Positions 1-7,985 of a stretch of DNA of 15,308 bases are shown here, piece by piece (position 1 is the stretch's first letter; every line of letters starts with the position of its first letter). Below the pieces are notes generated by a model. That model was given only the letters and a program-made list of their open reading frames with translations, searched no databases and was not told the origin of the DNA. Both the position numbers and the translations under genes were made by a program. This DNA is from Pseudomonadota bacterium (GTDB lineage Bacteria > Pseudomonadota > Alphaproteobacteria > Rhizobiales > Hyphomicrobiaceae): NCBI GenBank assembly GCA_039819885.1, contig JBCBRD010000067.1, positions 1 through 15,308 on the forward strand, in the 5' to 3' direction.

Positions 1-358
1 CACGCGGTGGGCGCCGAATACATCGTGACCTTGACTAGTCCAGAATTAAGGAAGGCAAAGCCCGCTTTAAACCACACCAACGGATTTGTGATGGGTTGCC
101 GTTCGCCAGCCTGTGAAAGCGCGTAGCGCGGGGGCCTTATTGCCGACAACTTCAAACGCATCCTCGAAGCCAACAACCGTCGTGCCAAATTCAACAGCCT
201 GTTAGATCATGTTCTGCAAAAGTGTACGCGGTTTGTCTTGCCGAAGGCGAGCGATATTCGCAATAAGAACATCATCAAGAGCAAAGGCTTAGAGCACCTG
301 CTTTGATCCCAATTGTAAGTCAACGTGCTCCAAGACAGCACACGCCATCGTCCTCCCG

Positions 359-646
359 CTACCATTCGAAACGAGGCCCAATTTTGCCGGAAAAGCCCCC
401 GTGGTCGTTTCCAGAGATATCGAATTCAAAGTCGGCATCAGCATAGACGGAGACGTCTTGGTTTGCCTGTGCTGCGACGCCAAAACCGATATCCATCCAA
501 GTATCGTTGTGATCGATCCCAATCTCGTTGCGACCGGCGACCACCGAAACCGAAGCGTTTGATAAGTCGCCCCAGAGGTTTGCCTTCAGGTAGCCGGTCC
601 AACTCAATGCTAGATCGTTTTCGAAGGATTGTGTCGACTTAAGCAA
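359..646 (-). pseudogene. Possible C-terminal fragment of an outer-membrane beta-barrel protein (95 aa, no signal peptide, no room for an N-terminal part)
   Basis: Translation shows alternating hydrophobic/polar beta-strand-like segments and ends in an aromatic residue (..GKIGPRFEW), typical of an outer-membrane barrel C-terminus. Only 66 bp separate its start from the upstream gene, so the N-terminal portion is absent. Confidence 0.3.
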
Positions 647-712
647 CAGGCCAACCCGTTGCGTTGGTCGGATTGAACTCTGATGGTCGGTGTTGACACC
701 AGTGGACCGACT

Positions 713-1732
713 TCAAGGCCCGCCAATCCCGCCAGCCTTGCCCAACCGATACCTCGCTTCGATTCCTCCAATGTCGACGATTGCGACGCCAAGACGCGCA
801 GCCATTTGCGCCAGCGGCGCATCTTCCGACAGGGCGATGGCGTATAGATCAAACCCAACCAACTCAGATCCGTTACGCTCACCAACCACGCTGCGTAGCT
901 CTTGCCCCACAACATGCGCGAGACGCACCCCCGCTATCCGCTTCCCCCGCGCACGCTCACCAAATGCATTCCGAAATCGAACTGGGTCGACCACCTGATA
1001 GCGGCCAATAAGCCCTGAGAAGCGTGCAATCGTCCCGTCGCTAAGCGTGATGTCGTCCTGAGGGACTTTGAACGCCAGCACGTCAATATCAGCCTTGGGT
1101 TGAGCCCGCACCCGGCTGGTCGCAAACATGCGACGTGGGCCGAACTCATTCGTTCTTATCGGGCGTTTGAGCTTCGCCGCTTGCAGATCCTGTCTCGAGC
1201 ACGACACCTGCTTCAGATCGATTGACGTGATAATGGTACCGTCGCGGAACACCGGCGACCTATAGGCCGCCAGCCAGTCTTTGATAGCACTGCCAGCAGC
1301 AATCTCTGCCGTCATGGTAGTAATCTTCGACGCGACCACTTTTTCTAGAGCTTCAACCGCTGCCGTATATCCCGCACCGTCATCCCGAGAGCCGCCAGCA
1401 GTCATATCAAGCCCGTTTGCACGCCGCCATTGATAGGCTTTAATCGGGTCGCTTGCGCGGAAGACGAACGTCCCCTCAACACGGCAAGGTGCTCCACCTT
1501 TCAGTGCCGCATCAAACCGAAACAATTGCTGGTATTGCCGCAACATCGCTACATGGTGAACCGTCTCGACCAGTGGATTGCGCCACCGCAATCCAGGCTG
1601 CGAAACGCGAACAACGTCGTCTCCCCGCGTGATCACAGCAACACCGTCAACATCCACCTCGAAGACGCTCTGAGATGTAAAAACCAGCCCCAGCATGATG
1701 ATCGCGATTGCGAGAGTTAACCTGTGCCGCAT
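713..1732 (-). CDS. SPFH/band-7 family membrane protein, HflC-like (divergent)
   Basis: N-terminal transmembrane segment (MRHRLTLAIAIIMLGLVF) followed by PGLRWRNPLVETV, which resembles the HflC/HflK motif PGLHFKIPFIETV. Further down, IDLKQVS resembles HflC I(N/D)LP(T)(E/Q)VS. The annotated start at 1870 is probably too far upstream; the likely start is the ATG at 1732 (alternative 1759). The C-terminal half lacks the usual charged coiled-coil character. Confidence 0.5.
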   Translation of the reverse strand: MRHRLTLAIAIIMLGLVFTSQSVFEVDVDGVAVITRGDDVVRVSQPGLRWRNPLVETVHHVAMLRQYQQLFRFDAALKGGAPCRVEGTFVFRASDPIKAYQWRRANGLDMTAGGSRDDGAGYTAAVEALEKVVASKITTMTAEIAAGSAIKDWLAAYRSPVFRDGTIITSIDLKQVSCSRQDLQAAKLKRPIRTNEFGPRRMFATSRVRAQPKADIDVLAFKVPQDDITLSDGTIARFSGLIGRYQVVDPVRFRNAFGERARGKRIAGVRLAHVVGQELRSVVGERNGSELVGFDLYAIALSEDAPLAQMAARLGVAIVDIGGIEARYRLGKAGGIGGP

Positions 1733-1834
1733 TACTTTCACTCGCCCGTGATTGGTCATCCCGCCGCTGTCATACCAAGAGTTCGTTAAAACCAACCGAA
1801 ACAAGACAAGAAACAAGAAATAGGGAGAAAAAAC

Positions 1835-2155
1835 ATGGCGATGTTCCATGACGGGAACCGCACGCTGCAAGACCTGTACAAAGGCCGCGCAGTTGCCGAC
1901 AAGATCGTTGAACTCGTCGAGACGTCCACGTTCAACGATGACTTCGAAGCTTTCGTTGAAGCCGCGCCATTCTTCTTTCAGGCCACTTCAGCGGGTGACA
2001 ACACGGACTGCTCATTCAAAGGCGGCGCACCAGCGTTTGTCCGTGTCCCGGCACATTCCGGAAGCCAACATGGAACAGCCAACACCCGCTTGGAAAAACG
2101 TGCCACCAATCGCAGAACTGCTCGACAAAGGGTGGGTGCGACCTGCGTCACCTAG
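1835..2155 (+). pseudogene. Pyridoxamine 5'-phosphate oxidase-like FMN-binding family protein, apparently truncated after ~70 codons
   Basis: N-terminus MAMFHDGNRTLQD...FFFQATSAGDNTDCSFKGGAPAFVRV matches the conserved F(F/L)ATxxxDGxPxCSxKGGxPGFVRV region of PNPOx-like proteins (~200 aa). After FVRV the expected LDxRTLAFPDY...NTLGN continuation is missing and the frame ends in Arg-rich sequence. Codon usage of the first ~210 bp looks like real coding sequence. Confidence 0.35.
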
Positions 2156-2433
2156 ACGGCAAGTACGGAGCGGATTTGTTCTTCGTATTGGCCAACAGCT
2201 TCGAGCGCGCGTTTTTTCATTGCAGGCTCAGATCCATTCTGCTCGACGAATGCTTCAATCCCGGCGCGCGCGTTTTCAACGATGATCCCTGCAGACTCTT
2301 GCGGGTTAAGTTCGCGCCGACAGATGGTTTGCAAAAGCTGTGTGAGGATGACGCCGGTCGCCAGCGATAAACCCGATAGTTCCGTGACCTCACGTTTGAG
2401 TTGCGCAATCTCGTCTTGAGTATCCATGGCCAT
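2152..2433 (-). CDS. Hypothetical small soluble protein (93 aa)
   Basis: Strong Shine-Dalgarno AGGAG 9-10 nt upstream of the ATG at 2433. Plausible codon usage. No recognisable motif. Confidence 0.4.
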   Translation of the reverse strand: MAMDTQDEIAQLKREVTELSGLSLATGVILTQLLQTICRRELNPQESAGIIVENARAGIEAFVEQNGSEPAMKKRALEAVGQYEEQIRSVLAV

Positions 2434-2615
2434 GTGTTTGGGCTCCTGTTGCGTGAGGGACGTATGGGCGATTGGCTAGTCGATCATGGTACCGAGCGCA
2501 ATCACTCATGCATATGGAAAACCGGGCACCCCCGAAGAGATCAGATCGCCTGCAATCGGCGTATCGAACAAAAAACTGAGTAACGTCATCCTGAAAACAA
2601 GGGTTGGAACCTCCA

Positions 2616-3155
2616 ATGCGCCGCTTTCTGAAATTCGCACACACGATCGGTTCCATCGGGCTGATGGGTGCCATGGTAGGCCTGTTGGTCCTGCTCAGTG
2701 CTCTCCCGGATCCGAGCGCGACGGCCGAATACGCAACTCTGCGCACCGTGATGCACAAACTCTCCCAATGGGTATTGATACCTTCACTCGGACTGACACT
2801 GGTCGCGGGATTGTTTTCCATCGCAGCCACTCGCGCATTTCAGAATGCAGGTTGGGCCATGCTGAAATTGGTGACAGGCATTGTGATGTTTGAGTGGACG
2901 CTTATCGGCATAGACGGCCCAATGAAACGCGAAGCAGAACTCAGCGCTGGCGTCCTCGCAGGCACCGTTGATGTTGCCGAACTGGGAGCGACCATCGACA
3001 GGGTCTGGTGGTCGATGTGGATATTGCTAGCGGTCGCAACTTTGAACGTAGCGCTCGGTATTTGGCGACCAAAGCTCAAACGGAAAAACCATTTCGCAAA
3101 GAAGTCGGCGGATGCGGACGGGGCATCCAAAGAGCCAAAAACCGCAAACGTCTAG
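2616..3155 (+). CDS. Integral membrane protein with four predicted transmembrane helices; function unknown
   Basis: Four hydrophobic segments of 20-23 aa and a basic C-terminal tail. The ATG at 2616 is preferred over the TTG at 2604, with AAGGG/GGAAC upstream. Confidence 0.55.
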   Translation: MRRFLKFAHTIGSIGLMGAMVGLLVLLSALPDPSATAEYATLRTVMHKLSQWVLIPSLGLTLVAGLFSIAATRAFQNAGWAMLKLVTGIVMFEWTLIGIDGPMKREAELSAGVLAGTVDVAELGATIDRVWWSMWILLAVATLNVALGIWRPKLKRKNHFAKKSADADGASKEPKTANV

Positions 3156-3160
3156 CAACT

Positions 3161-3196
3161 GGGGAGAGGGCACGCGACTTGCGCAGATCCTCTCCC
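3161..3196. other. GC-rich hairpin between convergent genes (8 bp stem GGGAGAGG/CCTCTCCC, ~19 nt loop), no U-tract
   Basis: Inverted repeat read directly from the sequence; it sits between the stop at 3155 (+) and the stop at 3226 (-). Confidence 0.3.
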
Positions 3197-3225
3197 ACAT
3201 TCCCCACGGTCCCCGACAACCTGTC

Positions 3226-3855
3226 CTAGTACGACACGCCGACCGCGTGCCCAATGAAGCTGGCGTCAGTCAATTCGCGCTTGATGAAGTCTGCAACATC
3301 AGCCCTTGAGATTTTCAAGCTCAGTTCCCGCTCGCGAGCATCAAATCCGACCTTGTAGCGACCCGACGCGGGCTCGTCAGTGAACGAACTCGGACGCACA
3401 ATGGTCCAATCCAAACCGCTCTGCCACACGAGGTTTTCCTGCAATTCGTGATCAAGGAAAACCGGCCGCAGGATCAAGCCGAACATGATGCGCTTCCAAT
3501 AGAAGTTGAGATTGTCCCAACTTTCGTGGGCACCCAATGTCGATTGGCAAATCAGGCGGTGAACGCCGTGCTCTCGCATGGCTTCTATGACATGCGACGT
3601 GCCCACAGAACGCACTTTGCTTTTTCGCGACATGCCAGCTCCAAGCACAACAATAACGGCATCATGCCCTTTGACGGCATCGCTTACCGCCTGCTGATCC
3701 ATGACGTCACCGCTAGCCGACATCAGATTTGAATGCGCGAGCTGTAGCTTGTCAGGGTTCCGCGCAAACGCCGTCACGTCATGGCCAGCCTCAAGAATGC
3801 CCTCCACAACCAGTTTCCCGATGGTTCCAGTGGCTCCGAAAACAATCACCTTCAT
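3226..3855 (-). CDS. NAD(P)H-binding oxidoreductase, atypical SDR / NmrA-like family
   Basis: N-terminal Rossmann motif MKVIVFGATGTIGKLVV. 209 aa. Strong SD AAGGAG 8 nt upstream of the ATG. Divergent from a TetR gene. Confidence 0.8.
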   Translation of the reverse strand: MKVIVFGATGTIGKLVVEGILEAGHDVTAFARNPDKLQLAHSNLMSASGDVMDQQAVSDAVKGHDAVIVVLGAGMSRKSKVRSVGTSHVIEAMREHGVHRLICQSTLGAHESWDNLNFYWKRIMFGLILRPVFLDHELQENLVWQSGLDWTIVRPSSFTDEPASGRYKVGFDARERELSLKISRADVADFIKRELTDASFIGHAVGVSY

Positions 3856-3891
3856 CGTACGTCTCCTTACTTCTCGATTAGATCCAAAAAA

Positions 3892-3942
3892 TTGACACCG
3901 TGTAAAGTTGACATGGAGGCAAGTAGTGGAGATATTTACATC
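3892..3942 (+). promoter_or_regulatory. Putative sigma70 promoter and operator of the TetR gene: TTGACA (3908-3913), 17 bp spacer, GATATT (3931-3936); second TTGACA at 3892-3897 with 9-bp palindrome ACACCGTGT between the two
   Basis: Hexamers and spacing read from the sequence. The -10 element ends only 6 nt before the TetR ATG (3943), which implies a leaderless or near-leaderless mRNA. The palindrome lies between two direct TTGACA repeats. Confidence 0.4.
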
Positions 3943-4536
3943 ATGTCAAGAAAAAATTCAGAGACGCGAAAACGCATCCTCGAGTGCACGTGGAAACTGC
4001 TTGAGGATGAGCCCGGTTCTGCAACACGCATGTCGGACATCGCAAAGGCTGCTGGGATTAGCCGCCAAGCGGTGTACCTTCATTTTCCGACCCGGGCGGA
4101 GTTGCTGGTCGCCACCACGCGCCATTTGGACGAGGTAAAAGACGTCGATTCACGACTGGCCAAAAGCCGCGCGGCAGCAACCGGTGAAGAAAGGTTGGAA
4201 GCGTTTATCGAGGCATGGGGGAACTACATCCCGGAAATCTACGGCGTGGCAAAAGCACTGCTAGCCATGAAGGACACGGATGAGGAAGCAGCAGCAGCCT
4301 GGGCGGACAGGATGCAGGCTGTCCGACACGGCTGCGGGGCTGTGGTCAAGGCATTCCGCAAAGACGGACACTTGACCAAGAACCTAACCTCTCAGCAATC
4401 GATTGAAGCGCTTTGGGCCCTATTGTCCGTTCGTCATTGGGAACAGCTCGTCGTCGAGTGTGGCTGGTCTCAAAAACAATACATCAAGCACATGAATAGA
4501 ATGGCACAGGCCATGCTGGTCGAGTGCGAACAGTGA
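3943..4536 (+). CDS. TetR/AcrR family transcriptional regulator
   Basis: N-terminal helix-turn-helix RKRILECTWKLLEDEPGSATRMSDIAKAAGISRQAVYLHFPTRAELL. Start moved to the ATG at 3943 (MSRKNSETRKRIL); the longer 3781 ORF would overlap the divergent SDR gene. Confidence 0.85.
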   Translation: MSRKNSETRKRILECTWKLLEDEPGSATRMSDIAKAAGISRQAVYLHFPTRAELLVATTRHLDEVKDVDSRLAKSRAAATGEERLEAFIEAWGNYIPEIYGVAKALLAMKDTDEEAAAAWADRMQAVRHGCGAVVKAFRKDGHLTKNLTSQQSIEALWALLSVRHWEQLVVECGWSQKQYIKHMNRMAQAMLVECEQ

Positions 4537-4550
4537 CATCGTGTGAGACG

Positions 4551-5513
4551 TCACCTCCTCCGGTTGACGACAAAATCGGCAGCTTGCCGCAACATGTCAC
4601 CTCGCCCCCCAAACACATCGAGAGCAGCAATGGCTTCATCCCGCGTCTGAGTAAGTGCTGACCGTGCCGCGTCCAGACCCATCAATGACACAAGCGTCGC
4701 CTTGCCTGCGTCGGCGTCTTTGGCAACAGCCTTGCCAACAGTGGCAGCATCACCTTCGACATCAAGGAGGTCATCGGCAATCTGGAACGCATAGCCGAGC
4801 TTCTCACCATAGCTGCGTAGAGCGGCACGTTCGGCGGACGATCCGCCACCAAGTACTGCACCGGCTTCACAGGAAAAAACGATAAGCGCGCCCGTTTTCA
4901 TCGATTGTAGGTGCCGGATGGTGTCCAGTGTCTGCGTTTGGCCATCACCCAATCGCTCCGCCTCGAGGTCAAGCGCCTGCCCACCAACCATACCCAGCCC
5001 GCCGGACGCCCGCGCCAGCATCACAGTCAACGCCGCCCGTACGCCCGCGTCTGGATGACACCCGTCAGCCCCGAGGCACTCAAACGCCAAGGCCTGCAAT
5101 CCATCGCCCGCCAGAATAGCAGTCCAGTCATCAAATGCCCGCCACACGGTTGGCTGGCCACGCCGCAGATCGTCATTGTCCATTGCGGGGAGATCGTCAT
5201 GCGCCAGGCTGTAACAATGGATGAGTTCAACAGCGCCCCCGGCTGAAAGTGCGCGCTCCTGGGCAACACCGAAAAGTGCTGCGGATTGTTCAACCAAGAA
5301 CGGCCGAAATCGCTTTCCCCCACCCAGGACCGCGTGTCGCATGGCTTGAAGTAGCCGATCTGGCACCCTCTCCGCGGTCGAAACATCGGTTGAGCCTTCC
5401 CCGGTCGTAAGCAGATTTGCCAGAAAGTCATCGACGCGATGGGCGGTCATGCTCAGCGCATCTTCAAATGATTTCGTCGGGTTAGAGGGTTTAACCGGAT
5501 TGATGTTTGACAT
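4551..5513 (-). CDS. ispA: Polyprenyl synthetase: farnesyl/geranyl diphosphate synthase
   Basis: First Asp-rich motif LIHCYSLAHDDLPAMDNDDLRRG and second Asp-rich motif FQIADDLLD; GGKRFRP motif; 320 aa. Start could be 5513 or an internal ATG at 5450. Confidence 0.9.
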   Translation of the reverse strand: MSNINPVKPSNPTKSFEDALSMTAHRVDDFLANLLTTGEGSTDVSTAERVPDRLLQAMRHAVLGGGKRFRPFLVEQSAALFGVAQERALSAGGAVELIHCYSLAHDDLPAMDNDDLRRGQPTVWRAFDDWTAILAGDGLQALAFECLGADGCHPDAGVRAALTVMLARASGGLGMVGGQALDLEAERLGDGQTQTLDTIRHLQSMKTGALIVFSCEAGAVLGGGSSAERAALRSYGEKLGYAFQIADDLLDVEGDAATVGKAVAKDADAGKATLVSLMGLDAARSALTQTRDEAIAALDVFGGRGDMLRQAADFVVNRRR

Positions 5514-5851
5514 CTGATAGTCTCGGGGCTCTCATTTGGTGCAGTGCCATAAATTTGGCGGCACGATCGTTATCGGTTTTCAAACCGCGTATATCATTGT
5601 TTGGGGCTTTCACGCGTATGTCGGTGTTGCAGTCTTCAGCTGCTTTTGGTGATCACCCCCTGGTCAACGATGAAGCACGGACGTTGCCAGGTTCACCGGC
5701 CTGTCGCCACGCCTTGAACCGGTTGGTCGCTGTCTCAGCAGAACGCACCGGTCCTCCACGCCGCCAAGCAATCAATGGGCAGGCAGATCAAAACGCCGAT
5801 CGGTGGAGCCGCACCGCGACCGCCTTGGCGACAGGTGCGAAACGCTCGATC

Positions 5852-6526
5852 ATGGCCCTCGCAGTGTTGGGGGTACTCTGGTTCGTGGCGATGGTCGTCT
5901 TGATATTGGCCTATCGATTTGTAAATCCGCCGGCTTCGAGCCTAATGTTAATCCGCTCCGTACAGGGTCAGCCCATCAAGCAAAGTTGGGTTCCGCTTAA
6001 ATCGATCTCGCCGAACTTGGTGAAAGCCGTCATCGCATCGGAAGATAGCCGGTTCTGTGCCCATAACGGCATCGATATCGGTGAAATCCGCAGAGCCATC
6101 GCACGAGCAAAGGACGGGGCACCTCGCGGTGGCAGTACCATGACGATGCAACTCGCTAAAAACCTGTTCCTTTGGCCCGATCGAAGCTACATCCGGAAAG
6201 TCCTCGAAGCGCCGCTGACCTTGATGATTGAAGTCGCGTGGCCAAAATGGCGGATTGCGGAGATTTACCTGAACGTCGTTGAATGGGGGCCGGGGATTTA
6301 CGGCGCGCAAGCCGCCGCCGTGCATCATTTCGGTCGCCCCGCCAGTCGCTTATCATCCAGACAGGCTGCATTGTTAGCCGTAAGCTTGCCCTCGCCTGCC
6401 AAACGTAACCCCGGCAAACCGGGGCGACTGACCAAGAAGCTTTCAAACCGGATCGTCGCGCGTTCGAAAAGCTTGAGCCAAGCCTCAGCAAATTGCGTGC
6501 TCGCCCACACGAAATCGGCCCGCTAG
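5852..6526 (+). CDS. mtgA: Monofunctional biosynthetic peptidoglycan transglycosylase
   Basis: Glycosyltransferase-51 motifs EDSRFCAHNGID and GGSTMTMQLAKNLFL. N-terminal membrane anchor MALAVLGVLWFVAMVVLILAYRFVNPP. The start at the ATG at 5852 is uncertain: the frame is open back to 5507 and a TTG at 5825 is possible. Confidence 0.8.
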   Translation: MALAVLGVLWFVAMVVLILAYRFVNPPASSLMLIRSVQGQPIKQSWVPLKSISPNLVKAVIASEDSRFCAHNGIDIGEIRRAIARAKDGAPRGGSTMTMQLAKNLFLWPDRSYIRKVLEAPLTLMIEVAWPKWRIAEIYLNVVEWGPGIYGAQAAAVHHFGRPASRLSSRQAALLAVSLPSPAKRNPGKPGRLTKKLSNRIVARSKSLSQASANCVLAHTKSAR

Positions 6527-6754
6527 ACACTTGCCCCGACTGAGACGCAGATTGCGCGATCTGAGGTCTGGTATTTTGGGAGTTCTGTGCCTATAAACGC
6601 CGCTTCCGAACATGTTGAGCAGCGGGAATACAGGCGGTGAGCAGGCCGAGCGAAGGCCGCAACAAAGCACCAGCTAAAAGTTCGCGTTGCTCCCCAAACA
6701 AGATGAAAGCGGCTAAGTCGCTGAAATTAAAGCTATAAGCAAGGAGAGTGCCCG

Positions 6755-6940
6755 ATGGCCGTCCCAATGAAAAAGGTGTCACGCATGAAGCGTGGCAATC
6801 GCCGCTCGGCAGATGCGCTGACAGCCCCGACCTACGTGGAAGACAAAGAGTCTGGTGAGCGCCGTCGCCCACACCACATAGATCTCAAAACGGGAAAATA
6901 CCGCGGTCGTCAGATTCTTGAGGTGAAGGACGACGCGTGA
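6755..6940 (+). CDS. rpmF: 50S ribosomal protein L32
   Basis: [25 protein letters not shown]... is a typical L32 N-terminus. 61 aa. SD AAGGAGAG upstream. Confidence 0.9.
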   Translation: MAVPMKKVSRMKRGNRRSADALTAPTYVEDKESGERRRPHHIDLKTGKYRGRQILEVKDDA

Positions 6941-6984
6941 ACCACGTTCGCATTCGAAAGTGCCCCTCACGTGGCTTTTCAGCT

Positions 6985-7011
6985 CGTATGAGAGTTTAAA
7001 CCGCCACAAAC
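6985..7011 (+). terminator. Weak candidate hairpin downstream of rpmF (TTTAAACCG ... CGGTTTATA)
   Basis: 7-8 bp AT-rich stem with a 9-nt loop; the following U-tract is poor. Confidence 0.15.
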
Positions 7012-7057
7012 ACGGTTTATACCGCTTTCGCGTACGGCTTCACTAGGAGAACAACCC

Positions 7058-7489
7058 ATGTCGATCACGTCGCTGCCGCTCATTGTTTTCGCTTTCATTT
7101 TCTACTTCGTAATTGTGCTTTTCGGAGGCAGCGGGACAGCGACAGAAATATTAGACACCGAGGTTTTCTCACTCCCATCCATGCGTGGCGGAGAGAATTC
7201 ACCTGAATGGGTCTTCAACTGGGGCGATCTTCTTCTCCTCGTCACGCTGATGCTGTTGTTCGTGGAAATCCTAAAGGCGACATACACCTCAACGGCTTCG
7301 TTGTTGGATCACGGCCTGTCGATGCTGGTGTTTATTGCCTGCTTGATCGCTTTCCTGATGGTCGATGCTGCTTATACAAGCGTGTTCTTCATGATCATGG
7401 TGATGACACTGATCGACGTAATTGCGGGATACACCATCGGAATTCGGGTGGCTCGCCGTGACATCGGTTTCGGCGGCATGGGTCATTAA
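7058..7489 (+). CDS. Small integral membrane protein (143 aa, four predicted transmembrane helices); function unknown
   Basis: SD TAGGAGAA upstream of the ATG. Four hydrophobic stretches. Followed by an intrinsic terminator. Confidence 0.55.
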   Translation: MSITSLPLIVFAFIFYFVIVLFGGSGTATEILDTEVFSLPSMRGGENSPEWVFNWGDLLLLVTLMLLFVEILKATYTSTASLLDHGLSMLVFIACLIAFLMVDAAYTSVFFMIMVMTLIDVIAGYTIGIRVARRDIGFGGMGH

Positions 7490-7577
7490 TCAGACAACAG
7501 GCGGTCCCACCGGTCTCACGCCTCTGACGACCACAAGAGACCTCGTAATGGCCGGAAGGCCTGCAAAATAGCTTAGA

Positions 7578-7609
7578 AAACGGTCCGATATCACTCGGGC
7601 CGTTTTTTT
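7578..7609 (+). terminator. Rho-independent terminator (AACGGTCCGA-TATCAC-TCGGGCCGTT followed by TTTTTTTG)
   Basis: 9-bp stem with one G-U pair, then a 7-T run, ~90 nt downstream of the stop at 7489. Confidence 0.7.
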
Positions 7610-7985
7610 GTCTGGCTCCCAGGCACCCACCGATACGGCGGCCAACAGTCAATTTCCCATCCGAACCGCACGACCGGCGATGCAGAAAGGCTCACCCTTT
7701 CAGCGATTGTTAGGGTTCGGCACTTACCCTGAGCCTGTTCGGCGCAATCCGAGCAACGCAGGCAGATATTCAGCTGGCGCACCGTAAGGACATAAGCCTT
7801 TGTTTATAGTGGCCTTTGATGAGCAAGGACGTGTGCGGAGAAGTTGCCGAAACAAGACACTGCGCTAGCATGAACGCCTGTCGATTGCGGTTTGCCCAGG
7901 TCGATGACGATGAAATCAATTAGTCTGTGCACGCGCTTGGCGAGTAACCAGTGCCAAGCCTCAGCGGAATACGTACGTGGAACGA

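Noticed and set aside
1-126. Open + frame running in from the left edge (…HAVGAEYIVTLTSPELRKAKPALNHTNGFVMGCRSPACESA*) and a possible minus-strand ATG at 25 running off the edge
   Set aside because: Too short to recognise, and no motif. These could be the tail or head of a flanking gene, but I cannot support either.
610-915. 101-aa minus-strand ORF
   Set aside because: Overlaps the 3' end of the HflC-like gene in another frame. Trp/Arg-rich with no features.
1848-2285. 145-aa + ORF (frame +3)
   Set aside because: Arg/Ser/Thr-rich junk over most of its length. There is only a short stretch of possible similarity to a PNPOx continuation; I treat that as a possible frameshift remnant rather than a gene.
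2390-2893. 146-aa (-) and 135-aa (+) ORFs across the 2434-2615 divergent promoter region
   Set aside because: They overlap the promoter region and the starts of better-supported genes. They have no RBS and poor composition.
3781-3942. Longer TetR ORF starting at 3781
   Set aside because: It overlaps the SDR coding region on the other strand. TetR HTH domains begin within ~15 residues of the true N-terminus (MSRKNSETRKRIL at 3943), and a promoter -10 element sits inside this extension.
5507-5851. N-terminal 115-codon extension of the mtgA ORF
   Set aside because: It would overlap the divergent ispA start codon. Its composition is not protein-like, and MtgA proteins normally start a few residues before the membrane anchor at ~5852.
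7818-7922. 34-aa ORF (MSKDVCGEVAETRHCASMNACRLRFAQVDDDEIN) in the long leader upstream of the c-di-GMP gene
   Set aside because: No Shine-Dalgarno and no supporting evidence; it overlaps the candidate promoter.
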